Notes: generated from the letters alone by a model not told the origin. Shown: positions 18,767 through 28,438, counted from the first letter of the stretch. The stretch is DNA of 38,093 nucleotides from Desulfuromusa sp. (GCA_021157505.1 JAGGWI010000024.1:1-38093), one strand, 5' to 3'. A program made the numbers and translations.

Positions 18767-18934
18767 CTAGGAGTCTGTCGAACTATACGGTCCGAAGCGA
18801 AAATTTGGAAGTTTGAGGCCAGATTTTAGCTCGTTTGAGATTAATAGCCGTAGCTATTGGTCGAAAAGGAGCTGAAATATGGACCAAACAGCCGGATTTG
18901 CAGCCGGATCATGTATAGGCCGACAGCCTCCTGG
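18767..18934 (+). mobile_element. CTAG-flanked hairpin element, full copy 3
   Basis: CTAG-GAGTCTGTCGAACTAT ... ATAGGCCGACAGCCTC-CTGG; colinear with copy 1 over its whole length. Confidence 0.9.
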
Positions 18935-18999
18935 CAGAACTGAATATTGTGTTCTTGATTATCGACAGCAGCGGAGTATGCCGTCAAGTGCTTAAACTG

Positions 19000-20208
19000 T
19001 TATTTAGGACCTTTTCCATCAATTAACGTCACCGTTGCCGTGACTTCTCCGCTAGCAAGCTCAACCTGCAGTTGATCTCCGATCTGTAACTGTGCAGATC
19101 CATGGACAACCTCGCCGGTCTGTTTTTGTTTAACAATTGCGTAACCACGGGACAATACCGCCACCGGAGATAATGTTTGCAGTCGACTCAGCAGAAGTGT
19201 CAGCCGATGTTGCTGCTGAACAAAGAGCTCTGTCATCGCCTGCTGTAGACGTAAGTGCAATTGTTGTAACTGCAGCTGGCGTATTTTAACTAATTCAGAC
19301 GGGGCTTTTAATCTTTTCTCCAACCCATACAGGTTATTAGCGAGTAAGGACAAACGAGAACGTATTTGCGCTGCCAACCGCAGCGTCAATTGATCCAGAT
19401 GACGTTCCAGTTCCAGACGATTTTTCACCACCAGTTCTGCTGCTGCACTCGGAGTCGGAGCCCGTAAATCAGCAACCAGATCAGCAATAGAAAAATCGAC
19501 TTCGTGTCCAACCGCAGAAATAACCGGAATCTTTGACGCAACTATTGCCCTGGCGACTATTTCTTCATTAAATGCCCAGAGGTCTTCGCGTGAGCCCCCG
19601 CCACGCCCGACGATAAGAACATCAACAGCAGTTTCCCTGTTCAAGTCAGCTATTGCCGCAGCTATTTCCTCGGCAGCACCTTTACCTTGAACCCGGACTG
19701 AGCGTAACAGAACCTGCAACCCGGCAGAGCGCCGCCGCAACACGTTCAAAATATCCTGAATAGCCGCACCGGAGGCCGAGGTTACAAGACCAATCGTTCG
19801 CGGAAAGGGGGGTAAAGGTTGTTTTAAATTTGGAGCAAATAACCCCTCCCGTTCCAGTTTTTCCTTTAGCTGATCAAAAGCAAGTTGCAGGGAGCCTACA
19901 CCTTCTGGCTCAATTCCTTCGACAATCAGCTGCAAATCGCCCCGTTGTGGGTAAATAGAAACCCGACCACGGCAAATAACTGCCAAACCATCCACAGGCT
20001 TGAAACGCAGCACCCTGGCATGGCTACGAAACATGGCGCATTTAATCTGGGCCTTTTTATCTTTCAAGGTGAAGTAATAGTGACCAGATGGAGGCTGAGA
20101 GACGTTGCTCAATTCTCCCTGAACCAGGACCTCAACAAAGTTATCTTCAACCAGTTCCTGCAACAGCTGGACTAAGATTGATACTGAAATAGCAGACGAT
20201 ATATCCAT
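19000..20208 (-). CDS. xseA: Exodeoxyribonuclease VII large subunit
   Basis: GELSN..SGHYYFTLKD, GRGGGS.EDLWAFNEE, SAVGHE.D, RAPTPSAAAE. Confidence 0.96.
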   Translation of the reverse strand: MDISSAISVSILVQLLQELVEDNFVEVLVQGELSNVSQPPSGHYYFTLKDKKAQIKCAMFRSHARVLRFKPVDGLAVICRGRVSIYPQRGDLQLIVEGIEPEGVGSLQLAFDQLKEKLEREGLFAPNLKQPLPPFPRTIGLVTSASGAAIQDILNVLRRRSAGLQVLLRSVRVQGKGAAEEIAAAIADLNRETAVDVLIVGRGGGSREDLWAFNEEIVARAIVASKIPVISAVGHEVDFSIADLVADLRAPTPSAAAELVVKNRLELERHLDQLTLRLAAQIRSRLSLLANNLYGLEKRLKAPSELVKIRQLQLQQLHLRLQQAMTELFVQQQHRLTLLLSRLQTLSPVAVLSRGYAIVKQKQTGEVVHGSAQLQIGDQLQVELASGEVTATVTLIDGKGPK

Positions 20209-20250
20209 TGTTTATAAAAGCCCTGTCACCCCACAGAAGTAAAGGGAGAC

Positions 20251-20302
20251 ATTATAACTCTCTTCAATCCAGATTGACAGGATTGAGAGAACCCCCTATA
20301 AA
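20251..20302. promoter_or_regulatory. Divergent sigma70 promoters for the ParA-like gene and xseA
   Basis: Plus strand TTGACA 20274-20279, 17 bp, TATAAA 20297-20302; minus strand TATAAT at 20251-20256. Confidence 0.55.
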
Positions 20303-20337
20303 TAGTTATTTTTTCAATATTCATTGTTGGGGAACCC

Positions 20338-21753
20338 ATGTCACGCGCGTATATCATAACTGTCGCCAGCGAAAAAGGTGGGGTTGGAAAAACCACTCTG
20401 GCGACCAATCTGGCCATTTATTTAAAAGGTCTGGCCGAAGATCTACCGGTCACCCTATTCAGTTTCGATAATCATTTTACCGTTGACCAGATGTTTCGAC
20501 TGAGCAAAACAATCGGCTCCCAAAATGTGGGTCATCTATTTACCGGAAGTGACCCCATCGACCTGCTCACCGACGGTCAGTACGGTGTTAATTATATCCC
20601 GTCCAGCCGCAATCTGGCGAACCCGCAGCAACAGTTAAAGAGTGTGGAACAACTCGCCCAGGTCATCAGTCGCTCGTCTTTACCAGGGATAGTCATTATC
20701 GACACCAGCCCGGTCCTTGATCTCTATACCCTCAACGCACTCTATGCTGCAGATCGTATCATTGTTCCGATCAAGGATGCCCCTTCACTGGAAAACTGCC
20801 AAAACCTGGCAGATTTTCTGCTCCAGCACAAACGCTCAAAAACAGTGTTAAAGCTTTTACCCTGCCTGATCGACACCCGCATCCGCTTTGATGGCCCATT
20901 TCGCAATTCATACCAGTTGCTGAAAGCTTATGCAATCAATCGGGGCTATCGTTGTTATGAAGGATTTATCGCTAAAAGCCCAAAAGTAGAGTCTTTGATC
21001 ACAAATCCCTCAGGAAAAATCTATGCCGTCATCACCCATGGCCGCAATACCGGGGTCCATCTCCAGTTGACCCATCTGGCAAGACAAGTTTACCTCGATT
21101 ATCTGGAGCATGGGCCGATCAGACTAACAGAAGTGGCGAGTGAACTTTTTAATCAGGAAAAAGATTTTCTCCAGAAATACAACTCGCGAGTTAACAATCT
21201 TCAACCAAACTGCCTTTGTTGCGATCTCCCTATTCCAAAAACAGGGGTTTGGCCAAACGCCTATTTTCTGGAAAATGAAACCGGTCAGTTAAGTGGCTTC
21301 ATTGAGGAAGACTGTTTATTGGAACTGCTACTCCAGAATTTCAATCCGGGTTTAAATAGCAAAGAGCAACAAAAGCTCCTCCAAGAAATACTGATCGGGG
21401 CAGCAGACAGCTCCTTATTGCTGCTACAAAAAACTCAAATTAATGATGAACAAGCCAGACTTGACCTGTTCCGGTTAAATCAACAGGGGAGGAGGATTTC
21501 CGAACGCAGTATGATGTCAAAAAAAAGGGGACGATTTCAGAGAAAAGGGAAAACCAGCCTGCTACAACTCTTTGATATCGCAGCTATGGGGCGTGCCGAA
21601 CCGTTCCAGCAATTACTGCTTCGACAGGCCGATAAAAACCCCCTTGATCTCCTTAGACACCACAATTATCTGAAGTGGCAAACTCTCTTTAGCCGGATTC
21701 AGATTGAGCAGACACTGGAGACAGAGGCGAGGAGGCCGTCGGACGATCCATGA
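20338..21753 (+). CDS. ParA/Soj-family ATPase with a ~200-aa C-terminal extension
   Basis: Deviant Walker A KGGVGKTT, IIDTSP, ALYAADRIIVP. The extension contains CLCC, and the last codons derive from the repeat element. Confidence 0.85.
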   Translation: MSRAYIITVASEKGGVGKTTLATNLAIYLKGLAEDLPVTLFSFDNHFTVDQMFRLSKTIGSQNVGHLFTGSDPIDLLTDGQYGVNYIPSSRNLANPQQQLKSVEQLAQVISRSSLPGIVIIDTSPVLDLYTLNALYAADRIIVPIKDAPSLENCQNLADFLLQHKRSKTVLKLLPCLIDTRIRFDGPFRNSYQLLKAYAINRGYRCYEGFIAKSPKVESLITNPSGKIYAVITHGRNTGVHLQLTHLARQVYLDYLEHGPIRLTEVASELFNQEKDFLQKYNSRVNNLQPNCLCCDLPIPKTGVWPNAYFLENETGQLSGFIEEDCLLELLLQNFNPGLNSKEQQKLLQEILIGAADSSLLLLQKTQINDEQARLDLFRLNQQGRRISERSMMSKKRGRFQRKGKTSLLQLFDIAAMGRAEPFQQLLLRQADKNPLDLLRHHNYLKWQTLFSRIQIEQTLETEARRPSDDP

Positions 21754-21806
21754 ACTGGCTGCAAATCCAATTTTCGTGCAGTCCGTAGTGTCCGACTGCC
21801 TCCTAT
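21728..21806 (-). mobile_element. Internally deleted, degenerate CTAG hairpin element overlapping the ParA-like 3' end
   Basis: GAGGCCGTCGGACGATCCATGAACTGGCTGCAAATCC matches the reverse complement of the copy 1/3 right end; AATTTTCG..CCGTAGTGTCCGACTGCCTCCTA matches the reverse complement of their left end. Confidence 0.75.
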
Positions 21807-21819
21807 ATAACTCTATCAT

Positions 21820-23007
21820 TCAATAGGTATGAACCAGATCTGAAGCGGAGACAAAATCAACCGACTGCTGTTGCAGCCACCCCTGTTCTAAGCGGAAGGC
21901 CTCCAGGGTTTCTGCGTGGGGGTGGCAGATCGCTATAATTTCTTGGTTTTTACCTGCCATAGTAACCATCTTGCGAATCTGTTTCCGGATATAAGCAACA
22001 TTCGCTTTATTATCTAAAAAAATATTTCGCGTTGCCGTTTTCAACCCCATTTTACGGGCTTCAGAGAAAGCAACTGAATTGCCAATCGTACGACTGTCGA
22101 TAAAGAAAAGATCATACTGTTTCAACTCCTTCAATACCACCTGCATGGCTTCTGCTTCTTCTGTATATCTTGATCCCATATGATTATTACAGCCAACGGC
22201 ACCTGGTACCCCCTCTATATAGGATTGGATCAAACGGTGAGTTTCAGCTTCTGACTGCCCCAGCAACAATGCATTTGTCCCAGGATTAGTTTCGGGATAA
22301 CTGCGTGGCTGCATTGGCATATGAATCATATATTCCCGATTGTCGTCCTGCAATAAAGAGGTTGCGGATAGTGCTTTACCAGTCCCAGGCAGAATTGACG
22401 GTGTAATAATGATATCCAGCTGCAGCAATTTCCGCAGCGGGGAAAGTGACATACCTATATCATCCATAATGACAGCAATTTTACCGCGTACATTCTTCAC
22501 CTCTGCCGGCACCTGATAGCGAAGCTCCAACTGCAATTCACCCTGCCAGTAAAGGTCAATAATCCCCTTATTACGGCTGACTTTCAGTTGTGCCGAACTA
22601 TTTGTCTGTTCAATATGACCTTCCAATTCGTTCAAAAACAGGACAGAAGGGAAATCTCCAAAAATCTTTCGAATCTGAATATTTTTGCGGTTCGGCAACT
22701 TACGCCAACCCATCGAATCGGGACCATTGATAAGCTGATTTTCAATCAAAGTCTGGATATCAGCATAACTGTGCGGTTTCAGGGTATGAACAACATCCGC
22801 TGGTTCTTCGTAGACGAGCTCTTTATCGACCGCTACCGGTTCCGTTAAAAAAGATGATTGCAGATAAACTAATGCAACCAGACTAATCACAACAAAGCCA
22901 AATAAGAACGCAGACGCCATAAGAATGCGAATATTCTGGCTTAAAGCCCTTTTTTTCGGAGATTTTCGGCTAGTTTTTTTTGTCGGTTTTTTCTTTTTTG
23001 TTGCCAT
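21820..23007 (-). CDS. Divergent polysaccharide deacetylase family protein (YibQ-like)
   Basis: AVIMDDIG, IHMPMQP, NNHMGS, FFIDSRT, RNIFLDN, IAICHP; N-terminal basic stretch plus TM. Confidence 0.9.
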   Translation of the reverse strand: MATKKKKPTKKTSRKSPKKRALSQNIRILMASAFLFGFVVISLVALVYLQSSFLTEPVAVDKELVYEEPADVVHTLKPHSYADIQTLIENQLINGPDSMGWRKLPNRKNIQIRKIFGDFPSVLFLNELEGHIEQTNSSAQLKVSRNKGIIDLYWQGELQLELRYQVPAEVKNVRGKIAVIMDDIGMSLSPLRKLLQLDIIITPSILPGTGKALSATSLLQDDNREYMIHMPMQPRSYPETNPGTNALLLGQSEAETHRLIQSYIEGVPGAVGCNNHMGSRYTEEAEAMQVVLKELKQYDLFFIDSRTIGNSVAFSEARKMGLKTATRNIFLDNKANVAYIRKQIRKMVTMAGKNQEIIAICHPHAETLEAFRLEQGWLQQQSVDFVSASDLVHTY

Positions 23008-23042
23008 TGATTAGAAGTTCTTTCGTCAATAATAAAATTGGT

Positions 23043-24329
23043 TCAAGCTGCCGGTTTGCCATACTTGAGAATATTGATTCCTTTGAGTAAATCGAGAGCA
23101 TGCAGCAATTGATTGTCCCCTTTTTCTTTTCGGGTCAATTCTGTAGATTTTTCCTGTTGCTCAGTTTGTTTTTCAGTCAGGGGTTGAAAATGATTCTCCA
23201 AATCCTCCTCTCTGAGCGATAATCCCATTCTTTTCTGCGAGACGTTCAACCGGGCTGGAACAACAATATCGGGACTGATACCCCGCGCCTGGATTGATCT
23301 CCCGGAAGGGGTAAAATACCGGGCAGTCGTCAACCGCAATCCAGAATTATCACTCAGTGGAATAATCGTCTGTACCGAACCCTTACCGAAACTCTGCTCA
23401 CCAAGAATAACGGCACGGTCATGATCCTGTAGCGCTCCAGCAACAATTTCAGCGGCACTGGCACTGCCGGCATTGATCAAGATAATCAGTGGATATTCCG
23501 GTTCCGTTCCAACCTGTTGTGCCGCAAAAGTCATCTGTTCTTCCGCATCACGCCCTTCGGTATAAACAATCAAGCCTTGACTCAAGAAAAGATCAGCAAC
23601 AGCAACAGCCTGGTCCAACAGTCCACCGGGGTTATTGCGTAAATCGAGGATCACCCCGTCCAAGCTACCGCCGTTAGCCTGCCGTAAATCCAGCAAATGT
23701 TCCTTTAGATCATGACTGGTTCGATCCTGAAATTGCGAAACCCGCACATAACCATAATGATCTTGAAGCAAGTCACTTTTAACACTCTGGATCTGAATGA
23801 TAGCGCGAATAATAGTAAAATCCTGCAGTTCAGCCGCTCCGAGACGTTGGATGCTGAGAGTAATCGCCTCCCCTTTAGGACCGCGCATCATCCGCGCTGC
23901 TTCCATGATCCCTATGTCACGGGTTGGTTTACCATTAATTTTGATAATTTCATCTCCGGCTTTAATCCCGGCAACATCGGCTGGAGTATCTTCAATCGGT
24001 GAAACAATAATCAAGGCACCATCCTTAACGGTGATTTCAATTCCTAATCCGCCAAATTCACCATGGGCTTCCGCCTGCATTTCTTCGTACAGCTCCGGGG
24101 TTAAAAAACTGCTATGGGGATCCAGCGTGTTTAACATGCCGCGTAGCGCCCCATAGATCAATTCTTCCATATCGACATTCTCAACATAACTGCTGCGCAC
24201 CAGAGAAAGAACATCGGTAAATATTTCCAGATCCTTATAATCTTCTTCCTGATTGGCACAAACAGAGCCACTGAAACAAAAAAACAGTAGAAAAAAACCT
24301 ATAGAAATTAGTTGCTTAGATTTGAACAT
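23043..24329 (-). CDS. ctpA: Carboxy-terminal processing protease (S41A, PDZ domain)
   Basis: LDPHS, FGGLGI, LDLRNNPGGLL, SASAAEIVAGALQD, FGKGSVQ. Confidence 0.93.
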   Translation of the reverse strand: MFKSKQLISIGFFLLFFCFSGSVCANQEEDYKDLEIFTDVLSLVRSSYVENVDMEELIYGALRGMLNTLDPHSSFLTPELYEEMQAEAHGEFGGLGIEITVKDGALIIVSPIEDTPADVAGIKAGDEIIKINGKPTRDIGIMEAARMMRGPKGEAITLSIQRLGAAELQDFTIIRAIIQIQSVKSDLLQDHYGYVRVSQFQDRTSHDLKEHLLDLRQANGGSLDGVILDLRNNPGGLLDQAVAVADLFLSQGLIVYTEGRDAEEQMTFAAQQVGTEPEYPLIILINAGSASAAEIVAGALQDHDRAVILGEQSFGKGSVQTIIPLSDNSGLRLTTARYFTPSGRSIQARGISPDIVVPARLNVSQKRMGLSLREEDLENHFQPLTEKQTEQQEKSTELTRKEKGDNQLLHALDLLKGINILKYGKPAA

Positions 24330-24344
24330 AAAAACCTCATAATT

Positions 24345-25487
24345 TTATCGCCGTTTCAGCCAGGTTAGCGGATTAACCGGAGAACCTTTAGAACGAATTT
24401 CAAAATAAATACTGTCACGTCCGCTCAAACCACTATATCCAAGTAAATCACCGGCAGAGACCCGGTCACCCAGCTCTTTCTGGATCCGATCGGTCTGTGC
24501 ATAAAGGGTATGATATCCCCCTGAGTGACTGAGGATAATCAGATTTCCGTAACCTTTGAAATAATCGGCAAAGACAACCTTGCCAGCGGCAACTGCAAGA
24601 ATTGAACTGCCAGGAGGAGTGGCTATTTCAATGCCATTACTTTCATAGTAGGTCCCTAACTTGGCATCCTTCTGCTTGCCAAACTCAATCACCACACGCC
24701 CATTAACCGGCCAACCCAGTTGACCCTGCCCGACCGCAAAATTTTCTGCAGATGGACCCGTTGCAGGCGGCGGCTGTTGTTCAAGCTTACTGATCAAAAC
24801 TTTCAGTCTTGCCGCATTTTCCTGCAGGTAAATAAGTTCATGGGTCAGTTTCTTTTTATCGGTGCGGGCCTGTTTCAACAATCGTGCCTGTAGTCGACGC
24901 CCTTTTACAGCCACTTGTCGCTGTTGCTGAGCCACGTCCAAAAGCTCACTCTGTTGTTGTTTCAAAGATTTTAATTCCAGCAAATCCTGTTGTTGAGCCT
25001 CGGTAGCTTGGCGGTATTCTGCCAATAACTCTTTATCATACTGAAGAATTCTATTCAAATAATGATATTGTTGCGCCATTTCAGTCGGTGAGTCAGCTGA
25101 AAAAAGAATTTTCAGCGAACCAGCTTCCCCCTCTTTATAAAGGGCAATCAGCCTCTTTTCCAATTTCAAGCCAATTAATCTAACACTTTTCTGGCTATCT
25201 TTAATGTTTTTTTCCTGTTGTTCAATCTTCACCTGCAATTTTTTTAAATCTGTTTTATAAACACCAATCCGCCGCGCAATCTGCCCCAGCAATTTTTTTA
25301 TAAGTGCCAGTTCCCTGCTGACATTGATTTCTGATTGTTTTTTATTCTGCAGAGCTGTCTCAGCACGATCAATCCGGGCTCTTATACTTTCCAATTGGGA
25401 ACGATGATCGGTCAGACCAGCCCAACAGGGGTTAACCAAACAAAATAATAACAGCCAGCAAATGGCAATTGACAAGACTCTGCTCAT
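24345..25487 (-). CDS. envC: Murein hydrolase activator (coiled coil plus degenerate M23 domain)
   Basis: Signal peptide, long coiled coil, WPVNG..GIEI..GYGNLIILSH..YFEIR; follows ftsEX. Confidence 0.88.
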   Translation of the reverse strand: MSRVLSIAICWLLLFCLVNPCWAGLTDHRSQLESIRARIDRAETALQNKKQSEINVSRELALIKKLLGQIARRIGVYKTDLKKLQVKIEQQEKNIKDSQKSVRLIGLKLEKRLIALYKEGEAGSLKILFSADSPTEMAQQYHYLNRILQYDKELLAEYRQATEAQQQDLLELKSLKQQQSELLDVAQQQRQVAVKGRRLQARLLKQARTDKKKLTHELIYLQENAARLKVLISKLEQQPPPATGPSAENFAVGQGQLGWPVNGRVVIEFGKQKDAKLGTYYESNGIEIATPPGSSILAVAAGKVVFADYFKGYGNLIILSHSGGYHTLYAQTDRIQKELGDRVSAGDLLGYSGLSGRDSIYFEIRSKGSPVNPLTWLKRR

Positions 25488-25491
25488 TATT

Positions 25492-26388
25492 CTAGATACG
25501 AACAAAACGTCGTAAAGATGACAGGCTACCAAGAACCCCTAAGATAACCCCGGCGGCGACTAGAATAACCTGCTGATTCAGCGTCAGAAAAAGGAGATTA
25601 AAATCGGTTGGAGTCAGCCAGAAGGAACTCAGACTGCGGGAAATGACAAAGACAAAAGAGAGCGCTAAGAACGCCAGCGCCAACAGACCGCCCAATAACC
25701 CCTGGATAGCCCCCTCAAGCATAAACGGAATTTTGATGAAACGCATCGTCGCACCAACCAGGGCCATAATTTCAAGCTCATCGCGCCGGGCATAGAGTGT
25801 GAGTTTAATAGTATTTGAAACGATAAAAAGAGCCGCAAACAACAGGAACCCGCCAAGAACAATACCGATAAATCGTAACATATGGACAAAATCGTTAAAA
25901 CGCTTCAACCACTTCTGCCCATAGCGTAGATCATCAACATCAAGAATCTTTTCCAATTGCTCAATCACCCTGACTATTCCCTGTTGATTCCGATAGGCAG
26001 GATAGAGACCCAGCTCAAAAGAGGCGGGTAGCAATCTGGGGCTGACCCCTTCCAGCAAACTGGCATCGGCACCTAAATGCTTTTTAAAGCGCTGCATCGC
26101 AGCAGCTGGAGAAACATAATTGACCGCCTCTACTTCGGGAAAACTTTTCAGCTTTTTAGTCAGTGCTGCCAGGTTCTGTGTTGCTGGAGGTTTTTGCAGG
26201 TAGGCAATAACGTGAATTTCCCTGCTCCAACGAGAGGCTAATTGTTCGACATTGACAACAATCAGAAAAAATGTTGCCACAATTGCCAGAGCAATAGCCA
26301 TGGTCAAAATGGATGCTGAACAAAGAAACGGCCACTGCCGCATGTTGCGCAGGGCACGTAATATAAAGTAGTGAATTTTATCCAGCAC
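25492..26388 (-). CDS. ftsX: Cell division ABC permease FtsX
   Basis: Four TM segments, NTIKL..ARRDELEIMALVGAT..FIKIPF.LEG motif; GTG start. Confidence 0.93.
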   Translation of the reverse strand: MLDKIHYFILRALRNMRQWPFLCSASILTMAIALAIVATFFLIVVNVEQLASRWSREIHVIAYLQKPPATQNLAALTKKLKSFPEVEAVNYVSPAAAMQRFKKHLGADASLLEGVSPRLLPASFELGLYPAYRNQQGIVRVIEQLEKILDVDDLRYGQKWLKRFNDFVHMLRFIGIVLGGFLLFAALFIVSNTIKLTLYARRDELEIMALVGATMRFIKIPFMLEGAIQGLLGGLLALAFLALSFVFVISRSLSSFWLTPTDFNLLFLTLNQQVILVAAGVILGVLGSLSSLRRFVRI

Positions 26389-26446
26389 CGCTGGAGCCTC
26401 CAGTTCAATATGTCAGCTGCGTAGTAAAGGTTTACCAACCAACCAT

Positions 26447-27124
26447 TTACAGGTGTAATGGTTGCTGATCCCCCACTAACTCCCCCTGATCCAGAGTTAA
26501 CACCCGCCGTGGAAAACGCTGGTTCAGACTATGGTCATGAGTTGCCAGGAGAATGGTTGTGCCGCGTGCATTGGCACGCTTGAACAGATCCATAATTTCA
26601 TAAGTCACTTCCTGATCCAGATTGCCGCTGGGTTCATCAGCCAGCAGAATTAAAGGATCAACAACCAGGGCACGAGCAATGGCGATGCGTTGTTGCTCCC
26701 CCCCCGAAAGTTCCAGGGGCTTTCGCTGCAGCCGGTGCTCTAAACCCACCTCCTTTAAGACCTGGTAGACTTTTTTACTCACTTCATAACGTTTTTTACC
26801 CTGTGCCTCCAGAGCGAACGCTACATTCTCATAAACTGTTCGACTCTGCAACAACTTGAAATCCTGAAAAACCACGCCAATTTTACGGCGCAGAAAAGGT
26901 ATCTGCCGACTGCGAATACGCGAAACATTTTGACGATCGACCAAAATCTGTCCGCGTGTCGGCTTTTCTGCAGCATAAATCATCCGCAATAAAGTCGTTT
27001 TTCCTGCCCCGGAGGCACCGGTAATATAGAGAAACTCTCCCTTACCCACCTGCAGGGTTAAATCTTTCACTGCTGCCGCAGAATCACCACTATATTTTTT
27101 AGAGACATTATAGAATTGTATCAT
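26447..27124 (-). CDS. ftsE: Cell division ABC ATPase FtsE
   Basis: [42 protein letters not shown]. Confidence 0.95.
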   Translation of the reverse strand: MIQFYNVSKKYSGDSAAAVKDLTLQVGKGEFLYITGASGAGKTTLLRMIYAAEKPTRGQILVDRQNVSRIRSRQIPFLRRKIGVVFQDFKLLQSRTVYENVAFALEAQGKKRYEVSKKVYQVLKEVGLEHRLQRKPLELSGGEQQRIAIARALVVDPLILLADEPSGNLDQEVTYEIMDLFKRANARGTTILLATHDHSLNQRFPRRVLTLDQGELVGDQQPLHL

Positions 27125-27200
27125 GAAAGTTCACTTTAACGTTTTGGAAATACCCTTTAATACATTAACCTTAGTTACCTGAAAACATGATATCAAGGTT

Positions 27201-27223
27201 AAAAAGTATTGTTCTACAATACT
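27201..27223 (-). terminator. Probable intrinsic terminator after pta
   Basis: Minus strand AGTATTGT-aga-ACAATACT-TTTT directly after the stop codon; weak AT-rich stem. Confidence 0.5.
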
Positions 27224-27224
27224 C

Positions 27225-28226
27225 TTATCCCTGGGCCTGAACTGCTGTAATTGCTGAGACATTGACGATATCAGCAACGGAACAACCACGGGATAAATCA
27301 TTTATCGGCTTTGCCAGTCCCTGGATAATCGGGCCAACCGCCTCTGCTCCCGCGAGTCTCTCAACCAATTTATAGCCAATATTTCCGGAATCCAGATCAG
27401 GAAAAATCAGCGTATTGGCTTGACCAGCGACACTGGAACCAGGAGCTTTTTTGTCACCAACCTTCGGGATCAGAGCAGCATCGACCTGCAATTCACCATC
27501 AATCAGCAAATCTGGAGCCAATTCCCGAGCGATATCAAGAGCCTGTAGAACTTTGTCACAGTCGCTGTGAGATGCACTCCCTTTGGTCGAAAAGCTGAGC
27601 ATCGCTACCCGGGCATCGACACCAAGAAAACTTTTGCAACTGACCGCGGTACTGACGGCAATTTCTGCCAACGCCTGAGCATCCGGGTTGGGATTGACCG
27701 CACAATCGGCAAAACAAAGGGTACCATTTTCACCAAACTCCGGCGTCTTGGTGACCATCAGAAAAACCGAGGAGACAGTATTCATTCCCGGTGCGGTGCC
27801 AACCACCTGAAATGCCGCACGCAAAACGTCACCAGTCGTATTGGCTGCCCCGGCAACAGCACCACCTGCGTCCCCCTTATGCACCATCATAGCGGCGAAA
27901 TAAAGATTGTCATCTGCGCTCAAAAGGGCAATGGCATCAGCATGACTCAAACCCTTTTTTTTACGCAGCTCAACTAATTCTTCAGCATAGACATTAAGCT
28001 TCTCAGAATTTTTCGGCTCAATGATGGTCACATGATCAAGAGAGACTCCCAGCGCAGTAGCCTTGGCGTTGAGTGTTGTCGGGTTACCTAAAAGGATAAT
28101 ATCAGCCAGGTTGTCACCAACAATCTGTGCTGAAGCTTCAACCATACGATCATCATATCCTTCTGGCAGGACAACAGTCTGTAAATCAGCACGAGCTTTC
28201 GTTTTAATTTGATCAACAAGATGCAT
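27225..28226 (-). CDS. pta: Phosphate acetyltransferase, short catalytic-only form
   Basis: [46 protein letters not shown]; SD GAGGAGG before ATG 28226. Confidence 0.93.
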   Translation of the reverse strand: MHLVDQIKTKARADLQTVVLPEGYDDRMVEASAQIVGDNLADIILLGNPTTLNAKATALGVSLDHVTIIEPKNSEKLNVYAEELVELRKKKGLSHADAIALLSADDNLYFAAMMVHKGDAGGAVAGAANTTGDVLRAAFQVVGTAPGMNTVSSVFLMVTKTPEFGENGTLCFADCAVNPNPDAQALAEIAVSTAVSCKSFLGVDARVAMLSFSTKGSASHSDCDKVLQALDIARELAPDLLIDGELQVDAALIPKVGDKKAPGSSVAGQANTLIFPDLDSGNIGYKLVERLAGAEAVGPIIQGLAKPINDLSRGCSVADIVNVSAITAVQAQG

Positions 28227-28336
28227 CTTTTCCTCCTCTAAATATGATAATGTTCTAAACGAGGTGTAAGCTGTAAAGTTTTCATGTTTATACCTAATGG
28301 TAAAACCGGGGGTCAATCCTTTTTCACTTTTCATCC

Positions 28337-28395
28337 CTGGGAGACTGTCGAACTATCCATGAACTGTCAGTTCGTATAGTCCGACAGCCTCCTAG
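28337..28395 (-). mobile_element. Minimal 59-bp derivative of the CTAG hairpin element
   Basis: CTGG-GAGACTGTCGAACTATCCAT-GAACTG-t-CAGTTC-GTATAGTCCGACAGCCTC-CTAG: both family ends joined by a short palindrome. Confidence 0.85.
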
Positions 28396-28438
28396 CAGGC
28401 TGGTTGTATTTGACAACTCCATTTAAAATCATAAATCT

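Noticed and set aside
28396-28410. CAGGCTGGTTG as a remnant of the second element family
   Set aside because: Only about 7 consecutive matching bases and no partner end.
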